NCBI GenBank assembly: GCA_964016885.1
Contig: CAXHJY010001426.1
Span: 62,001-126,000 of the forward strand
Origin: Eledone cirrhosa
Taxonomy: Eukaryota
Length of the DNA: 64,000 nucleotides
Reading direction: 5' to 3'
A model generated the notes under the pieces. It searched no databases, had not been told where the DNA came from, and was given only the letters and a program-made list of their open reading frames with translations. Positions within the stretch are counted from its first letter, which is position 1. The number at the start of each line of letters is the position of its first letter. A program made the translations under genes and the position numbers. Below, piece after piece: positions 39,151 through 51,700 of the stretch.

Positions 39151-42100
39151 TAAAAAAATCAGGGGGAGATAATTTGTAAAAAAAAATTAGGGGGAGATAA
39201 TTTGTAAAAAAAATCAGGGGGAGATAATTTGTAAAAAAAATCAAGGGGAGATAATTTCCAGCCGTCCAAGGGGAGATAATTTTCAGCTGTCCAAGGAGAG
39301 GTAATTTCTAGTCGTCCGAGGAGAGATAATTTCCAGCTGTCCAAGGGGAGATAATTTCCAGCCGTCCAAGGGGAGATAATTTCCAGCCGTCCAAGGAGAC
39401 ATATTTTCCAGCAGTCCAAGGAGAGGTAATTTCTAACCGTCCAAGGGGAGATAAATTCCAGCCTCCAAGGGGAGATAATTTCCAGCCAGCCAAGGGGAGA
39501 TAATTTGTAAAAAAAATCAGAGGGAGATAATTTGTAAAAAAAAATCAGGGGGAGATAATTTGTAAAAAATAATCAGGGGGAGATAATTTGTAAAAAAATC
39601 AAGGGGAGATAATTTCCAGCCGTCCAAGGGGAGATAATTTTCAGCCGTCCAAGGGGAGATAATTTCCCGCCAGCCAAGGGAAGATAATATTTAAAAAAAT
39701 TAGGCGGAGATAATTTGTAAAAAAAATCGGGGGGAGATAATTTGTAAAAAAATCAGGGGGAGATAATTTGTAAAAAAAATCAGGGGGAGATAATTTGTAA
39801 AAAAAATCAGGGGGAGATAATTTGTAAAAAAAAATCAGGGGTAGATAATTTGTAAAAAAAAATCAGGGGGAGATAATTTGTAAAAAAAAATCAGGGAGAG
39901 ATAATTTGTAAAAAAAATCAGGGGGAGATAATTTGTAAAAAAAAATCAGGGGTAGATAATTTGTAAAAAAAAATCAGGGGGTGATAATTTGTAAAAAAAA
40001 ATCAGGGGGAGATAATTTGTAAAAAAAATCAAGGGGAGATAATTTCCAGCCGTCCTAGGGGAGCTAATATCTAGCCGTCCAAGGGGAGATAATTTCCAGC
40101 CGTCCAAGTGGAGATAATTTCCAGCCGTCCAAGGGTAGATAATATCCAGCCGTCCAAGGACATATTTTCCAGCCGTCCAAGGAGAGGTAATTTCTAGCCG
40201 TCCAAGGGGAGATAAATTCCAGCCTCCAAGGGGAGATAATTTCCAGCCAGCTAAGGGGAGATAATTTGTAAAAAAATCAGGGGGAGATAATTTGTAAAAA
40301 AATCAGGGGGAGATAATTTGTAAAAAAAAATCAGGGGGAGATAATTTGTAAAAAAAAATCAGGGGGAGATAATTTGTAAAAAAAAATCAGGGGGAGATAA
40401 TTTGTAAAAAAAATCAAGGGGAGATAATTTCCAGCCGTCCAAGGGGAGATAATTTTCAGCCGTCCAAGGGGAGATAATTTCCCGCCAGCCAAGAGAAGAT
40501 AATATTTAAAAAAATCAGGCGGAGATAATTTGTAAAAAAAATCAGGGGGAGATAATTTGTAAAAAAATCAGGGGGAGATAATTTGTAAAAAAAATCAGGG
40601 GGAGATAATTTGTAAAAAAATCAAGGGGAGATAATTTCCAGCCGTCCAAAGGGAGATAATTTTTTAAAAAATCAGGTGGAGATAATTTGTAAAAAAAATC
40701 AGGGGGAGATAATTTGTAAAAACAAAATCAAGGGCAGATAATTTCCAGCTGTCCAAGGGGAGGTAATTTCCAGCCGTCCAAGGGGATATAATTTCCAGCC
40801 GTCCAAGGGGAGATAATTTCCCGCCAGCCAAGGGAAGATAATTTTTTAAAAAATCAGGCGGAGATTGTAAAAAAAATCAGAGGGGAGATAATTTGTAAAA
40901 AAATCAGGGGGATAATTTGTAAAAAAAAATCAGGGGGAGATAATTTGTAAAAAAAATCAGGGGGAGATAATTTGTAAAAAAAAATCAGGGGGAGATAATT
41001 TGTAAAAAAAATTAGGCGTAGATAATTTGTAAAAAAAAATCAGGGGGAGATAATTTGTAAAAAAAAATCAGGGGGAGATAATTTGTTAAAAAATCAAGGG
41101 GAGATAATTTGCAGCCGTCCAAGGGGAGATAATTTTCAGCCGTCCAAGGAGAGGTAATTTCTAGCCGTCCAAGGGGAGATAATTTTTAAAAAAAAATCAG
41201 GCGGAGATAATTTCTAAAAAAAAATCAGGGGGAGATGATTCGTAAAAAAAAATCAGGGGGAGATAATTTGTAAAAAAAAATCAGGGGGAGATAATTTGTA
41301 AAAAAAATCAAGGGGAGATAATTTCCAGCCGTCCAAGGGGAGGTAATATCTAGCCGTCCAAGGGGAGATAATTTCCAGCCGTCCAAGGGGAGATAATTTC
41401 CAGCCGTCCAAGGGGAGATAATTTCCAGCCGTCCAAGGGGATATAATTTACAGCCGTCCAAGGGTAGATAATATCCAGCCGTCCAAGGAGACATATTTTC
41501 CAGCCGTCCAAGGAGAGGTAATTTCTAGCCGTCCAAGGGGAGATAAATTCCAGCCTCCAAGGGGAGATAATTTCCAGCCAGCCAAGGGGAGATAATTTGT
41601 AAAAAAATCAGGGGGAGATAATTTGTAAAAAAAATCAGGGTGAGATAATTTGTAAAAAAAAATCAGGGGGAGATAATTTGTAAAAAAAAATCAGGGGGAG
41701 ATAATTTGTAAAAAAAAATCAGGGGGAGATAATTTGTAAAAAAACCAAGGGGAGATAATTTCCAGCCGTCCAAGGGGAGGTAATATCTAGCCGTCCAAGG
41801 GGAGATAATTTCCAGCCGTCCAAGGGGAGATAATTTCCAGCCGTCCAAGGGGAGATAATTTCCAGCCGTCCAAGGAGACATATTTTCCAGCCGTCCAAGG
41901 CGAGGTAATTTCTAGCCGTCCAAGGGGAGATAAATTCCAGCCTCCAAGGGGAGATAATTTCCAGCCAGCCAAGGGGAGATAATTTGTAAAAAAATCAGGG
42001 GGAGATAATTTGTAAAAAATATCAGGGGGAGATAATTTGTAAAAAAAATCAGGGGGAGATAATTTGTAAAATAAAATCAGGGGGAGATAATTTGTAAAAA

Positions 42101-45100
42101 AAAATCAGGGGGAGATAATTTGTAAAAAAAATCAAGGGGAGATAATTTCCAGCCGTCCAAGGGGAGATAATTTTCAGCTGTCCAAGGAGAGGTAATTTCT
42201 AGTCGTCCGAGGAGAGATAATTTCCAGCCGTCCAAGGGGAGATAATTTCCAGCCGTCCCAGGGGAGATAATTTCCAGCCGTCCAAGGAGACATATTTTCC
42301 AGCAGTCCAAGGAGAGGTAATTTCTAACCGTCCAAGGGGAGATAAATTCCAGCCTCCAAGGGGAGATAATTTCCAGCCAGCCATGGGGAGATAATTTGTA
42401 AAAAAAATCAGAGGGAGATAATTTGTAAAAAAAAATCAGGGGGAGATAATTTGTAAAAAATAATCAGGGGGAGATAATTTGTAAAAAAAAATCAGGGGGA
42501 GATAATTTGTAAAAAAAAATCAGGGGGAGATAATTTGTAAAAAAAATCAAGGGGAGATAATTTCCAGCCGTCCAAGGGGAGATAATTTTCAGCCGTCCAA
42601 GGGGAGATAATTTCCCGCCAGCCAAGGGAAGATAATATTTAAAAAAATTAGGCGGAGATAATTTGTAAAAAAAATCGGGGGGAGATAATTTGTAAAAAAA
42701 TCAGGGGGAGATAATTTGTAAAAAAAATCAGGGGGAGATAATTTGTAAAAAAAATCAGGGGGAGATAATTTGTAAAAAAAAATCAGGGGTAGATAATTTG
42801 TAAAAAAAAATCAGGGGGAGATAATTTGTAAAAAAAAATCAGGGAGAGATAATTTGTAAAAAAAATCAGGGGGAGATAATTTGTAAAAAAAAATCAGGGG
42901 TAGATAATTTCCAGCCGTCCAAGGGGAGCTAATATCTAGCCGTCCAAGGGGAGATAATTTCCAGCCGTCCAAGGGGAGATAATTTCCAGCCGTCCAAGGG
43001 TAGATAATATCCAGCCGTCCAAGGACATATTTTCCAGCCGTCCAAGGAGAGGTAATTTCTAGCCGTCCAAGGGGAGATAAATTCCAGCCTCCAAGGGGAG
43101 ATAATTTCCAGCCAGCTAAGGGGAGATAATTTGTAAAAAAATCAGGGGGAGATAATTTGTAAAAAAAATCAGGGGGAGATAATTTGTAAAAAAAAATCAG
43201 GGGGAGATAATTTGTAAAAAAAAATCAGGGGGAGATAATTTGTAAAAAAAAATCAGGGGGAGATAATTTGTAAAAAAAATCAAGGGGAGATAATTTCCAG
43301 CCGTCCAAGGGGAGATAATTTTCAGCCGTCCAAGGGGAGATAATTTCCCGCCAGCCAAGAGAAGATAATATTTAAAAAAATCAGGTGGAGATAATTTGTA
43401 AAAAAAATCAGGGGGAGATAATTTGTAAAAAAATCAGGGGGAGATAATTTGTAAAAAAAAATCAGGGGGAGATAATTTGTAAAAAAAATCAAGGGGAGAT
43501 AATTTCCAGCCGTCCAAGGGGAGGTAATATCTAGCCGTCCAAGGGGAGATAATTTCCAGCCGTCCAAGGGGAGATAATTTCCACCCGTCCAAGGGTAGAT
43601 AATATCCAGCCGTCCAAGGAGAAATATTTTCCAGCCGTCCAAGGAGAGGTAATTTCTAGCCGTCCAAAGGGAGATAAATTCCAGCCTCCAAGGGGAGATA
43701 ATTTCCAGCCAGCCAAGGGGAGATAATTTGTAAAAAAATCAGGGGGAGATAATTTGTTAAAAAAATCAGGGGCAGATAATTTGTAAAAAAAAATCAGGTG
43801 GAGATAATTTGTAAAAAAAAATCAGGGGGAGATAATTTGTAAAAAAAATCAGGGGGAGATAATTTGTAAAAAAAATCAAGGGGAGATAATTTCCAGCCGT
43901 CCAAGGGGAGATAATTTTCAGCTGTCCAAGGAGAGGTAATTTCTAGTCGTCCGAGGAGAGATAATTTCCAGCCGTCCAAGGGGAGATAATTTCCAGCCGT
44001 CCAAGGGGAGATAATTTCCAGCCGTCCAAGGAGACATATTTTCCAGCAGTCCAAGGAGAGGTAATTTCTAACCGTCCAAGGGGAGATAAATTCCAGCCTC
44101 CAAGGGGAGATAATTTCCAGCCAGCCAAGGGGAGATAATTTGTAAAAAAAATCAGAGGGGGATAATTTGTAAAAAAAAATCAGGGGGAGATAATTTGTAA
44201 AAAATAATCAGGGGGAGATAATTTGTAAAAAAATCAAGGGGAGATAATTTCCAGCCGTCCAAGGGGAGGTAATATCTAGCCGTCCAAGGGGAGATAATTT
44301 CCAGCCGTCCAAGGGGAGATAATTTCCAGCCGTCCAAGGGTAGATAATATCCAGCCGTCCAAGGAGACATATTTTCCAGCCGTCCAAGGAGAGGTAATTT
44401 CTAGCCGTCCAAGGGGAGATAAATTCCAGCCTCCAAGGGGAGATAATTTCCAGCTAGCCAAGGGGAGATAATTTGTAAAAAAATCAGGGGGAGATAATTT
44501 GTAAAAAAAATCAGGGTGAGATAATTTGTAAAAAAAAATCAGGGGGAGATAATTTGTAAAAAAAAATCAGGGGGAGATAATTTGTAAAAAAAAATCAGGG
44601 GGAGATAATTTGTAAAAAAAATCAAGGGGTGATAATTTCCAGCCGTCCAAGGGGAGATAATTTTCAGCCGTCCAAGGGGAGATAATTTCCCGCCAGCCAA
44701 GGGAAGATAATATTTAAAAAAATCAGGCGGAGATAATTTGTAAAAAAAATCAGGGGGAGATAATTTGTAAAAAAATCAGGGGGAGATAATTTGTAAAAAA
44801 AATCAGGGGGAGATAATTTGTAAAAAAAATCAGGGGGAGATAATTTGTAAAAAAATCAAGGGGAGATAATTTCCAGCCGTCCAAGGGGAGATAATTTTTT
44901 TAAAAATCAGGTGGAGATAATTTGTAAAAAAAATCAGGGGGAGATAATTTGTAAAAACAAAATCAAGGGCAGATAATTTCCAGCTGTCCAAGGGGAGATA
45001 ATTTCCAGCCGTCCAAGGGGAGATAATTTCCAGCCGTCCAAGGGGAGATAATTTCCATCCTTCCAAGGGGATATAATTTCCAGCCGTCCAAGGGGAGATA

Positions 45101-48100
45101 ATTTCCCGCCAGCCAAGGGAAGATAATTTTTAAAAAAATCAGGCGGAGATTGTAAAAAAAATCAGGGGGGAGATAATTTGTAAAAAAATCAGGGGGAAAT
45201 AATTTGTAAAAAAAAATCAGGTGGAGATAATTTGTAAAAAAAATCAGGGGGAGATAATTTGTAAAAAAAAATCAGGGGGAGATAATTTGTAAAAAAAATT
45301 AGGCGTAGATAATTTGTAAAAAAAAATCAGGGGGAGATAATTTGTAAAAAAAAATCAGGGGGAGATAATTTGTTAAAAAATCAAGGGGAGATAATTTGCA
45401 GCCGTCCAAGGGGAGATAATTTTCAGCCGTCCAAGGAGAGGTAATTTCTAGCCGTCCAAGGGGAGATAATTTCCAGCCGTCCAAGGGGAGATAATTTCCA
45501 GCCGTTCAAGGGAGATAATTTTTAAAAAAAAATCAGGCGGAGATAATTTGTAAAAAAAAATCAGGGGGAGATAATTCGTAAAAAAAATCAGGGGGAGATA
45601 ATTTGTAAAAAAAAATCAGGGGGAGATAAATTGTAAAAAAAATCAAGGGGAGATAATTTCCAGCCGTCCAAGGGGAGGTAATATCTAGCCGTCCAAGGGG
45701 AGATAATTTCCAGCCGTCCAAGGGGAGGTAATTTCTAGCCGTCCAAGGGGAGATAAATTCCAGCCTCCAAGGGGAGATCATTTCCAGCCAGCCAAGGGGA
45801 GATAATTTGTAAAAAAATCAGGGGGAGATAATTTGTAAAAAATATCAGGGGGAGATAATTTGTAAAAAATATCAGGGGGAGATAATTTGTAAAAAAAAAT
45901 CAGGGGGAGATAATTTGTAAAAAAAATCAGGGGGAGATAATTTGTAAAAAAAATCAAGGGGAGATAATTTCCAGCCGTCCAAGGGGAGATAATTTTCAGC
46001 TGTCCAAGGAGAGGTAATTTCTAGTCGTCCGAGGAGAGATAATTTCCAGCCGTCCAAGGGGAGATAATTTCCAGCCGTCCAAGGGGAGATAATTTCCAGC
46101 CGTCCAAGGAGACATATTTTCCAGCAGTCCAAGGAGAGGTAATTTCTAACCGTCCAAGGGGAGATAAATTCCAGCCTCCAAGGGGAGATAATTTCCAGCC
46201 AGCCAAGGGGAGATAATTTGTAAAAAAAATCAGAGGGAGATAATTTGTAAAAAAAAATCAGGGGGAGATAATTTGTAAAAAATAATCAGGGGGAGATAAT
46301 TTGTAAAAAAATCAAGGGGAGATAATTTCCAGCCGTCCAAGGGGAGATAATTTTCAGCCGTCCAAGGGGAGATAATTTCCCGCCAGCCAAGGGAAGATAA
46401 TATTTAAAAAAATTAGGCGGATATAATTTGTAAAAAAAATCGGGGGGAGATAATTTGTAAAAAAATCAGGGGGAGATAATTTGTAAAAAAAATCAGGGGG
46501 AGATAATTTGTAAAAAAAAATCAGGCGGAGATAATTTGTAAAAAAAATCAAGGGGAGATAATTTCCAGCCGTCCAAGGGGAGGTAATATCTAGCCGTCCA
46601 AGGGGAGATAATTTCCAGCCGTCCAAGGGGAGATAATTTCCAGCCGTCCAAGGAGACATATTTTCCAGCCGTCCAAGGCGAGGTAATTTCTAGCCGTCCA
46701 AGGGGAGATAAATTCCAGCCTCCAAGGGGAGATAATTTCCAGCCAGCCAAGGGGAGATAATTTGTAAAAAAATCAGGGGGAGATAATTTGTAAAAAATAT
46801 CAGGGGCAGATAATTTGTAAAAAAAATCAGGGGGAGATAATTTGTAAAATAAAATCAGGGGGAGATAATTTGTAAAAAAAAATCAGAGGGAGATAATTTG
46901 TAAAAAAAATCAAGGGGAGATAATTTCCAGCCGTCCAAGGGGAGATAATTTTCAGCTGTCCAAGGAGAGGTAATTTCTAGTCGTCCGAGGAGAGATAATT
47001 TCCAGCCGTCCAAGGGGAGATAATTTCCAGCCGTCGCAGGGGAGATAATTTCCAGCCGTCCAAGGAGACATATTTTCCAGCAGTCCAAGGAGAGGTAATT
47101 TCTAACCGTCCAAGGGGAGATAAATTCCAGCCTCCAAGGGGAGATAATTTCCAGCCAGCCAAGGGGAGATAATTTGTAAAAAAATCAGGGGGAGATAATT
47201 TGTAAAAAAAAATCAGGGGGAGATAATTTGTAAAAAATAATCAGGGGGAGATAATTTGTAAAAAAATCAAGGGGAGATAATTTCCAGCCGTCCAAGGGGA
47301 GATAATTTTCAGCCGTCCAAGGGGAGATAATTTCCCGCCAGCCAAGGGAAGATAATATTTAAAAAAATTAGGCGGAGATAATTTGTAAAAAAAATCGGGG
47401 GGAGATAATTTGTAAAAAAATCAGGGGGAGATAATTTGTAAAAAAAATCAGGGGGAAATAATTTGTAAAAAAAATCAGGGGGAGATAATTTGTAAAAAAA
47501 AATCAGGGGTAGATAATTTGTAAAAAAAAATCAGGGGGAGATAATTTGTAAAAAAAAATCAGGGAGAGATAATTTGTAAAAAAAATCAGGGGGAGATAAT
47601 TTGTAAAAAAAAAATCAGGGGTAGATAATTTGTAAAAAAAAATCAGGGGGAGATAATTTGTAAAAAAAAATCAGGGGGAGATAATTTGTAAAAAAAATCA
47701 AGGGGAGATAATTTCCAGCCGTCCAAGGGGAGGTAATATCTAGCCGTCCAAGGGGAGATAATTTCCAGCCGTCCAAGGGGAGATAATTTCCAGCCGTCCA
47801 AGGGTAGATAATATCCAGCCGTCCAAGGACATATTTTCCAGCCGTCCAAGGAGAGGTAATTTCTAGCCGTCCAAGGGGAGATAAATTCCAGCCTCCAAGG
47901 GGAGATAATTTCCAGCCAGCTAAGGGGAGATAATTTGTAAAAAAATCAAGGGGAGATAATTTGTAAAAAAAAATCAGGGGGAGATAATTTGTAAAAAAAA
48001 ATCAGGGGGAGATAATTTGTAAAAAAAAATCAGGGGGAGATAATTTGTAAAAAAAAATCAGGGGGAGATAATTTGTAAAAAAAATCAAGGGGAGATAATT

Positions 48101-48780
48101 TCCAGCCGTCCAAGGGGAGATAATTTTCAGCCGTCCAAGGGGAGATAATTTCCCGCCAGCCAAGAGAAGATAATATTTAAAAAAATCAGGCGGAGATAAT
48201 TTGTAAAAAAAATCAGGGGGAGATAATTTGTAAAAAAATCAGGGGGAGATAATTTGTAAAAAAAAAATCAGGGGGAGATAATTTGTAAAAAAAATCAAGG
48301 GGAGATAATTTCCAGCCGTCCAAGGGGAGGTAATATCTAGCCGTCCAAGGGGAGATAATTTCCAGCCGTCCAAGGGGAGATAATTTCCACCCGTCCAAGG
48401 GTAGATAATATCCAGCCGTCCAAGGAGAAATATTTTCCAGCCGTCCAAGGCGAGGTAATTTCTAGCCCTCCAAGGGGAGATAAATTCCAGCCTCCAAGGG
48501 GAGATAATTTCCAGCCAGCCAAGGGGAGATAATTTGTAAAAAAATCAGGGGGAGATAATTTGTAAAAAAAATCAGGGGCAGATAATTTGTAAAAAAAAAT
48601 CAGGGGGAGATAATTCGTAAAAAAAATCAGGGGGAGATAATTTGTAAAAAAAATCAGGGGGAGATAATTTGTAAAAAAATCAAGGGGAGATAATTTCCAG
48701 CCGTCCAAGGGGAGATAATTTTCAGCCGTCCAAGGGGAGATAATTTCCCGCCAGCCAAGGGAAGATAATATTTAAAAAAA
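21350..48780 (+). repeat. Segmental duplication at 17,815/17,872 bp offset (21.35-30.9 kb and 39.17-48.78 kb), continuing at 60.5-64 kb (offset about 29,621)
   Basis: Offsets are 17,815 at 21344/39159 and 23410/41225, 17,872 at 25450/43322 and 30465/48337, and 29,621 at 31957/61578 and 33213/62834. The GAGATGATTT variant occurs at 32671 and 62292. Confidence 0.9.
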
Positions 48781-51700
48781 TTAGGCGGAGATAATTTGTA
48801 AAAAAAATCGGGGGGAGATAATTTGTAAAAAAATCAGGGGGAGATAATTTGTAAAAAAAATCAGGGGGAGATAATTTGTAAAAAAAATCAGGGGGAGATA
48901 ATTTGTAAAAAAAAATCAGGGGTAGATAATTTGTAAAAAAAAATCAGGGGGAGATAATTTGTAAAAAAAAATCAGGGAGAGATAATTTGTAAAAAAAATC
49001 AGGGGGAGATAATTTGTAAAAAAAAATCAGGGGTAGATAATTTCCAGCCGTCCAAGGGGAGCTAATATCTAGCCGTCCAAGGGGAGATAATTTCCAGCCG
49101 TCCAAGGGGAGATAATTTCCAGCCGTCCAAGGGTAGATAATATCCAGCCGTCCAAGGACATATTTTCCAGCCGTCCAAGGAGAGGTAATTTCTAGCCGTC
49201 CAAGGGGAGATAAATTCCAGCCTCCAAGGGGAGATAATTTCCAGCCAGCTAAGGGGAGATAATTTGTAAAAAAATCAGGGGGAGATAATTTGTAAAAAAA
49301 ATCAGGGGGAGATAATTTGTAAAAAAAAATCAGGGGGAGATAATTTGTAAAAAAAAATCAGGGGGAGATAATTTGTAAAAAAAAATCAGGGGGAGATAAT
49401 TTGTAAAAAAAATCAAGGGGAGATAATTTCCAGCCGTCCAAGGGGAGATAATTTTCAGCCGTCCAAGGGGAGATAATTTCCCGCCAGCCAAGAGAAGATA
49501 ATATTTAAAAAAATCAGGTGGAGATAATTTGTAAAAAAAATCAGGGGGAGATAATTTGTAAAAAAATCAGGGGGAGATAATTTGTAAAAAAAAATCAGGG
49601 GGAGATAATTTGTAAAAAAAATCAAGGGGAGATAATTTCCAGCCGTCCAAGGGGAGGTAATATCTAGCCGTCCAAGGGGAGATAATTTCCAGCCGTCCAA
49701 GGGGAGATAATTTCCACCCGTCCAAGGGTAGATAATATCCAGCCGTCCAAGGAGAAATATTTTCCAGCCGTCCAAGGAGAGGTAATTTCTAGCCGTCCAA
49801 AGGGAGATAAATTCCAGCCTCCAAGGGGAGATAATTTCCAGCCAGCCAAGGGGAGATAATTTGTAAAAAAATCAGGGGGAGATAATTTGTTAAAAAAATC
49901 AGGGGCAGATAATTTGTAAAAAAAAATCAGGTGGAGATAATTTGTAAAAAAAAATCAGGGGGAGATAATTTGTAAAAAAAATCAGGGGGAGATAATTTGT
50001 AAAAAAAATCAAGGGGAGATAATTTCCAGCCGTCCAAGGGGAGATAATTTTCAGCTGTCCAAGGAGAGGTAATTTCTAGTCGTCCGAAGAGAGATAATTT
50101 CCAGCCGTCCAAGGGGAGATAATTTCCAGCCGTCCAAGGGGAGATAATTTCCAGCCGTCCAAGGAGACATATTTTCCAGCAGTCCAAGGAGAGGTAATTT
50201 CTAACCGTCCAAGGGGAGATAAATTCCAGCCTCCAAGGGGAGATAATTTCCAGCCAGCCAAGGGGAGATAATTTGTAAAAAAAATCAGAGGGAGATAATT
50301 TGTAAAAAAAAATCAGGGGGAGATAATTTGTAAAAAATAATCAGGGGGAGATAATTTGTAAAAAAATCAAGGGGAGATAATTTCCAGCCGTCCAAGGGGA
50401 GGTAATATCTAGCCGTCCAAGGGGAGATAATTTCCAGCCGTCCAAGGGGAGATAATTTCCAGCCGTCCAAGGGTAGATAATATCCAGCCGTCCAAGGAGA
50501 CATATTTTCCAGCCGTCCAAGGAGAGGTAATTTCTAGCCGTCCAAGGGGAGATAAATTCCAGCCTCCAAGGGGAGATAATTTCCAGCTAGCCAAGGGGAG
50601 ATAATTTGTAAAAAAATCAGGGGGAGATAATTTGTAAAAAAAATCAGGGTGAGATAATTTGTAAAAAAAAATCAGGGGGAGATAATTTGTAAAAAAAAAT
50701 CAGGGGGAGATAATTTGTAAAAAAAAATCAGGGGGAGATAATTTGTAAAAAAAATCAAGGGGTGATAATTTCCAGCCGTCCAAGGGGAGATAATTTTCAG
50801 CCGTCCAAGGGGAGATAATTTCCCGCCAGCCAAGGGAAGATAATATTTAAAAAAATCAGGCGGAGATAATTTGTAAAAAAAATCAGGGGGAGATAATTTG
50901 TAAAAAAATCAGGGGGAGATAATTTGTAAAAAAAAATTAGGGGGAGATAATTTGTAAAAAAAATCAGGGGGAGATAATTTGTAAAAAAAATCAAGGGGAG
51001 ATAATTTCCAGCCGTCCAAGGGGAGATAATTTTCAGCTGTCCAAGGAGAGGTAATTTCTAGTCGTCCGAGGAGAGATAATTTCCAGCTGTCCAAGGGGAG
51101 ATAATTTCCAGCCGTCCAAGGGGAGATAATTTCCAGCCGTCCAAGGAGACATATTTTCCAGCAGTCCAAGGAGAGGTAATTTCTAACCGTCCAAGGGGAG
51201 ATAAATTCCAGCCTCCAAGGGGAGATAATTTCCAGCCAGCCAAGGGGAGATAATTTGTAAAAAAAATCAGAGGGAGATAATTTGTAAAAAAAAATCAGGG
51301 GGAGATAATTTGTAAAAAATAATCAGGGGGAGATAATTTGTAAAAAAATCAAGGGGAGATAATTTCCAGCCGTCCAAGGGGAGATAATTTTCAGCCGTCC
51401 AAGGGGAGATAATTTCCCGCCAGCCAAGGGAAGATAATATTTAAAAAAATTAGGCGGAGATAATTTGTAAAAAAAATCGGGGGGAGATAATTTGTAAAAA
51501 AATCAGGGGGAGATAATTTGTAAAAAAAATCAGGGGGAGATAATTTGTAAAAAAAATCAGGGGGAGATAATTTGTAAAAAAAAATCAGGGGTAGATAATT
51601 TGTAAAAAAAAATCAGGGGGAGATAATTTGTAAAAAAAAATCAGGGAGAGATAATTTGTAAAAAAAATCAGGGGGAGATAATTTGTAAAAAAAAATCAGG

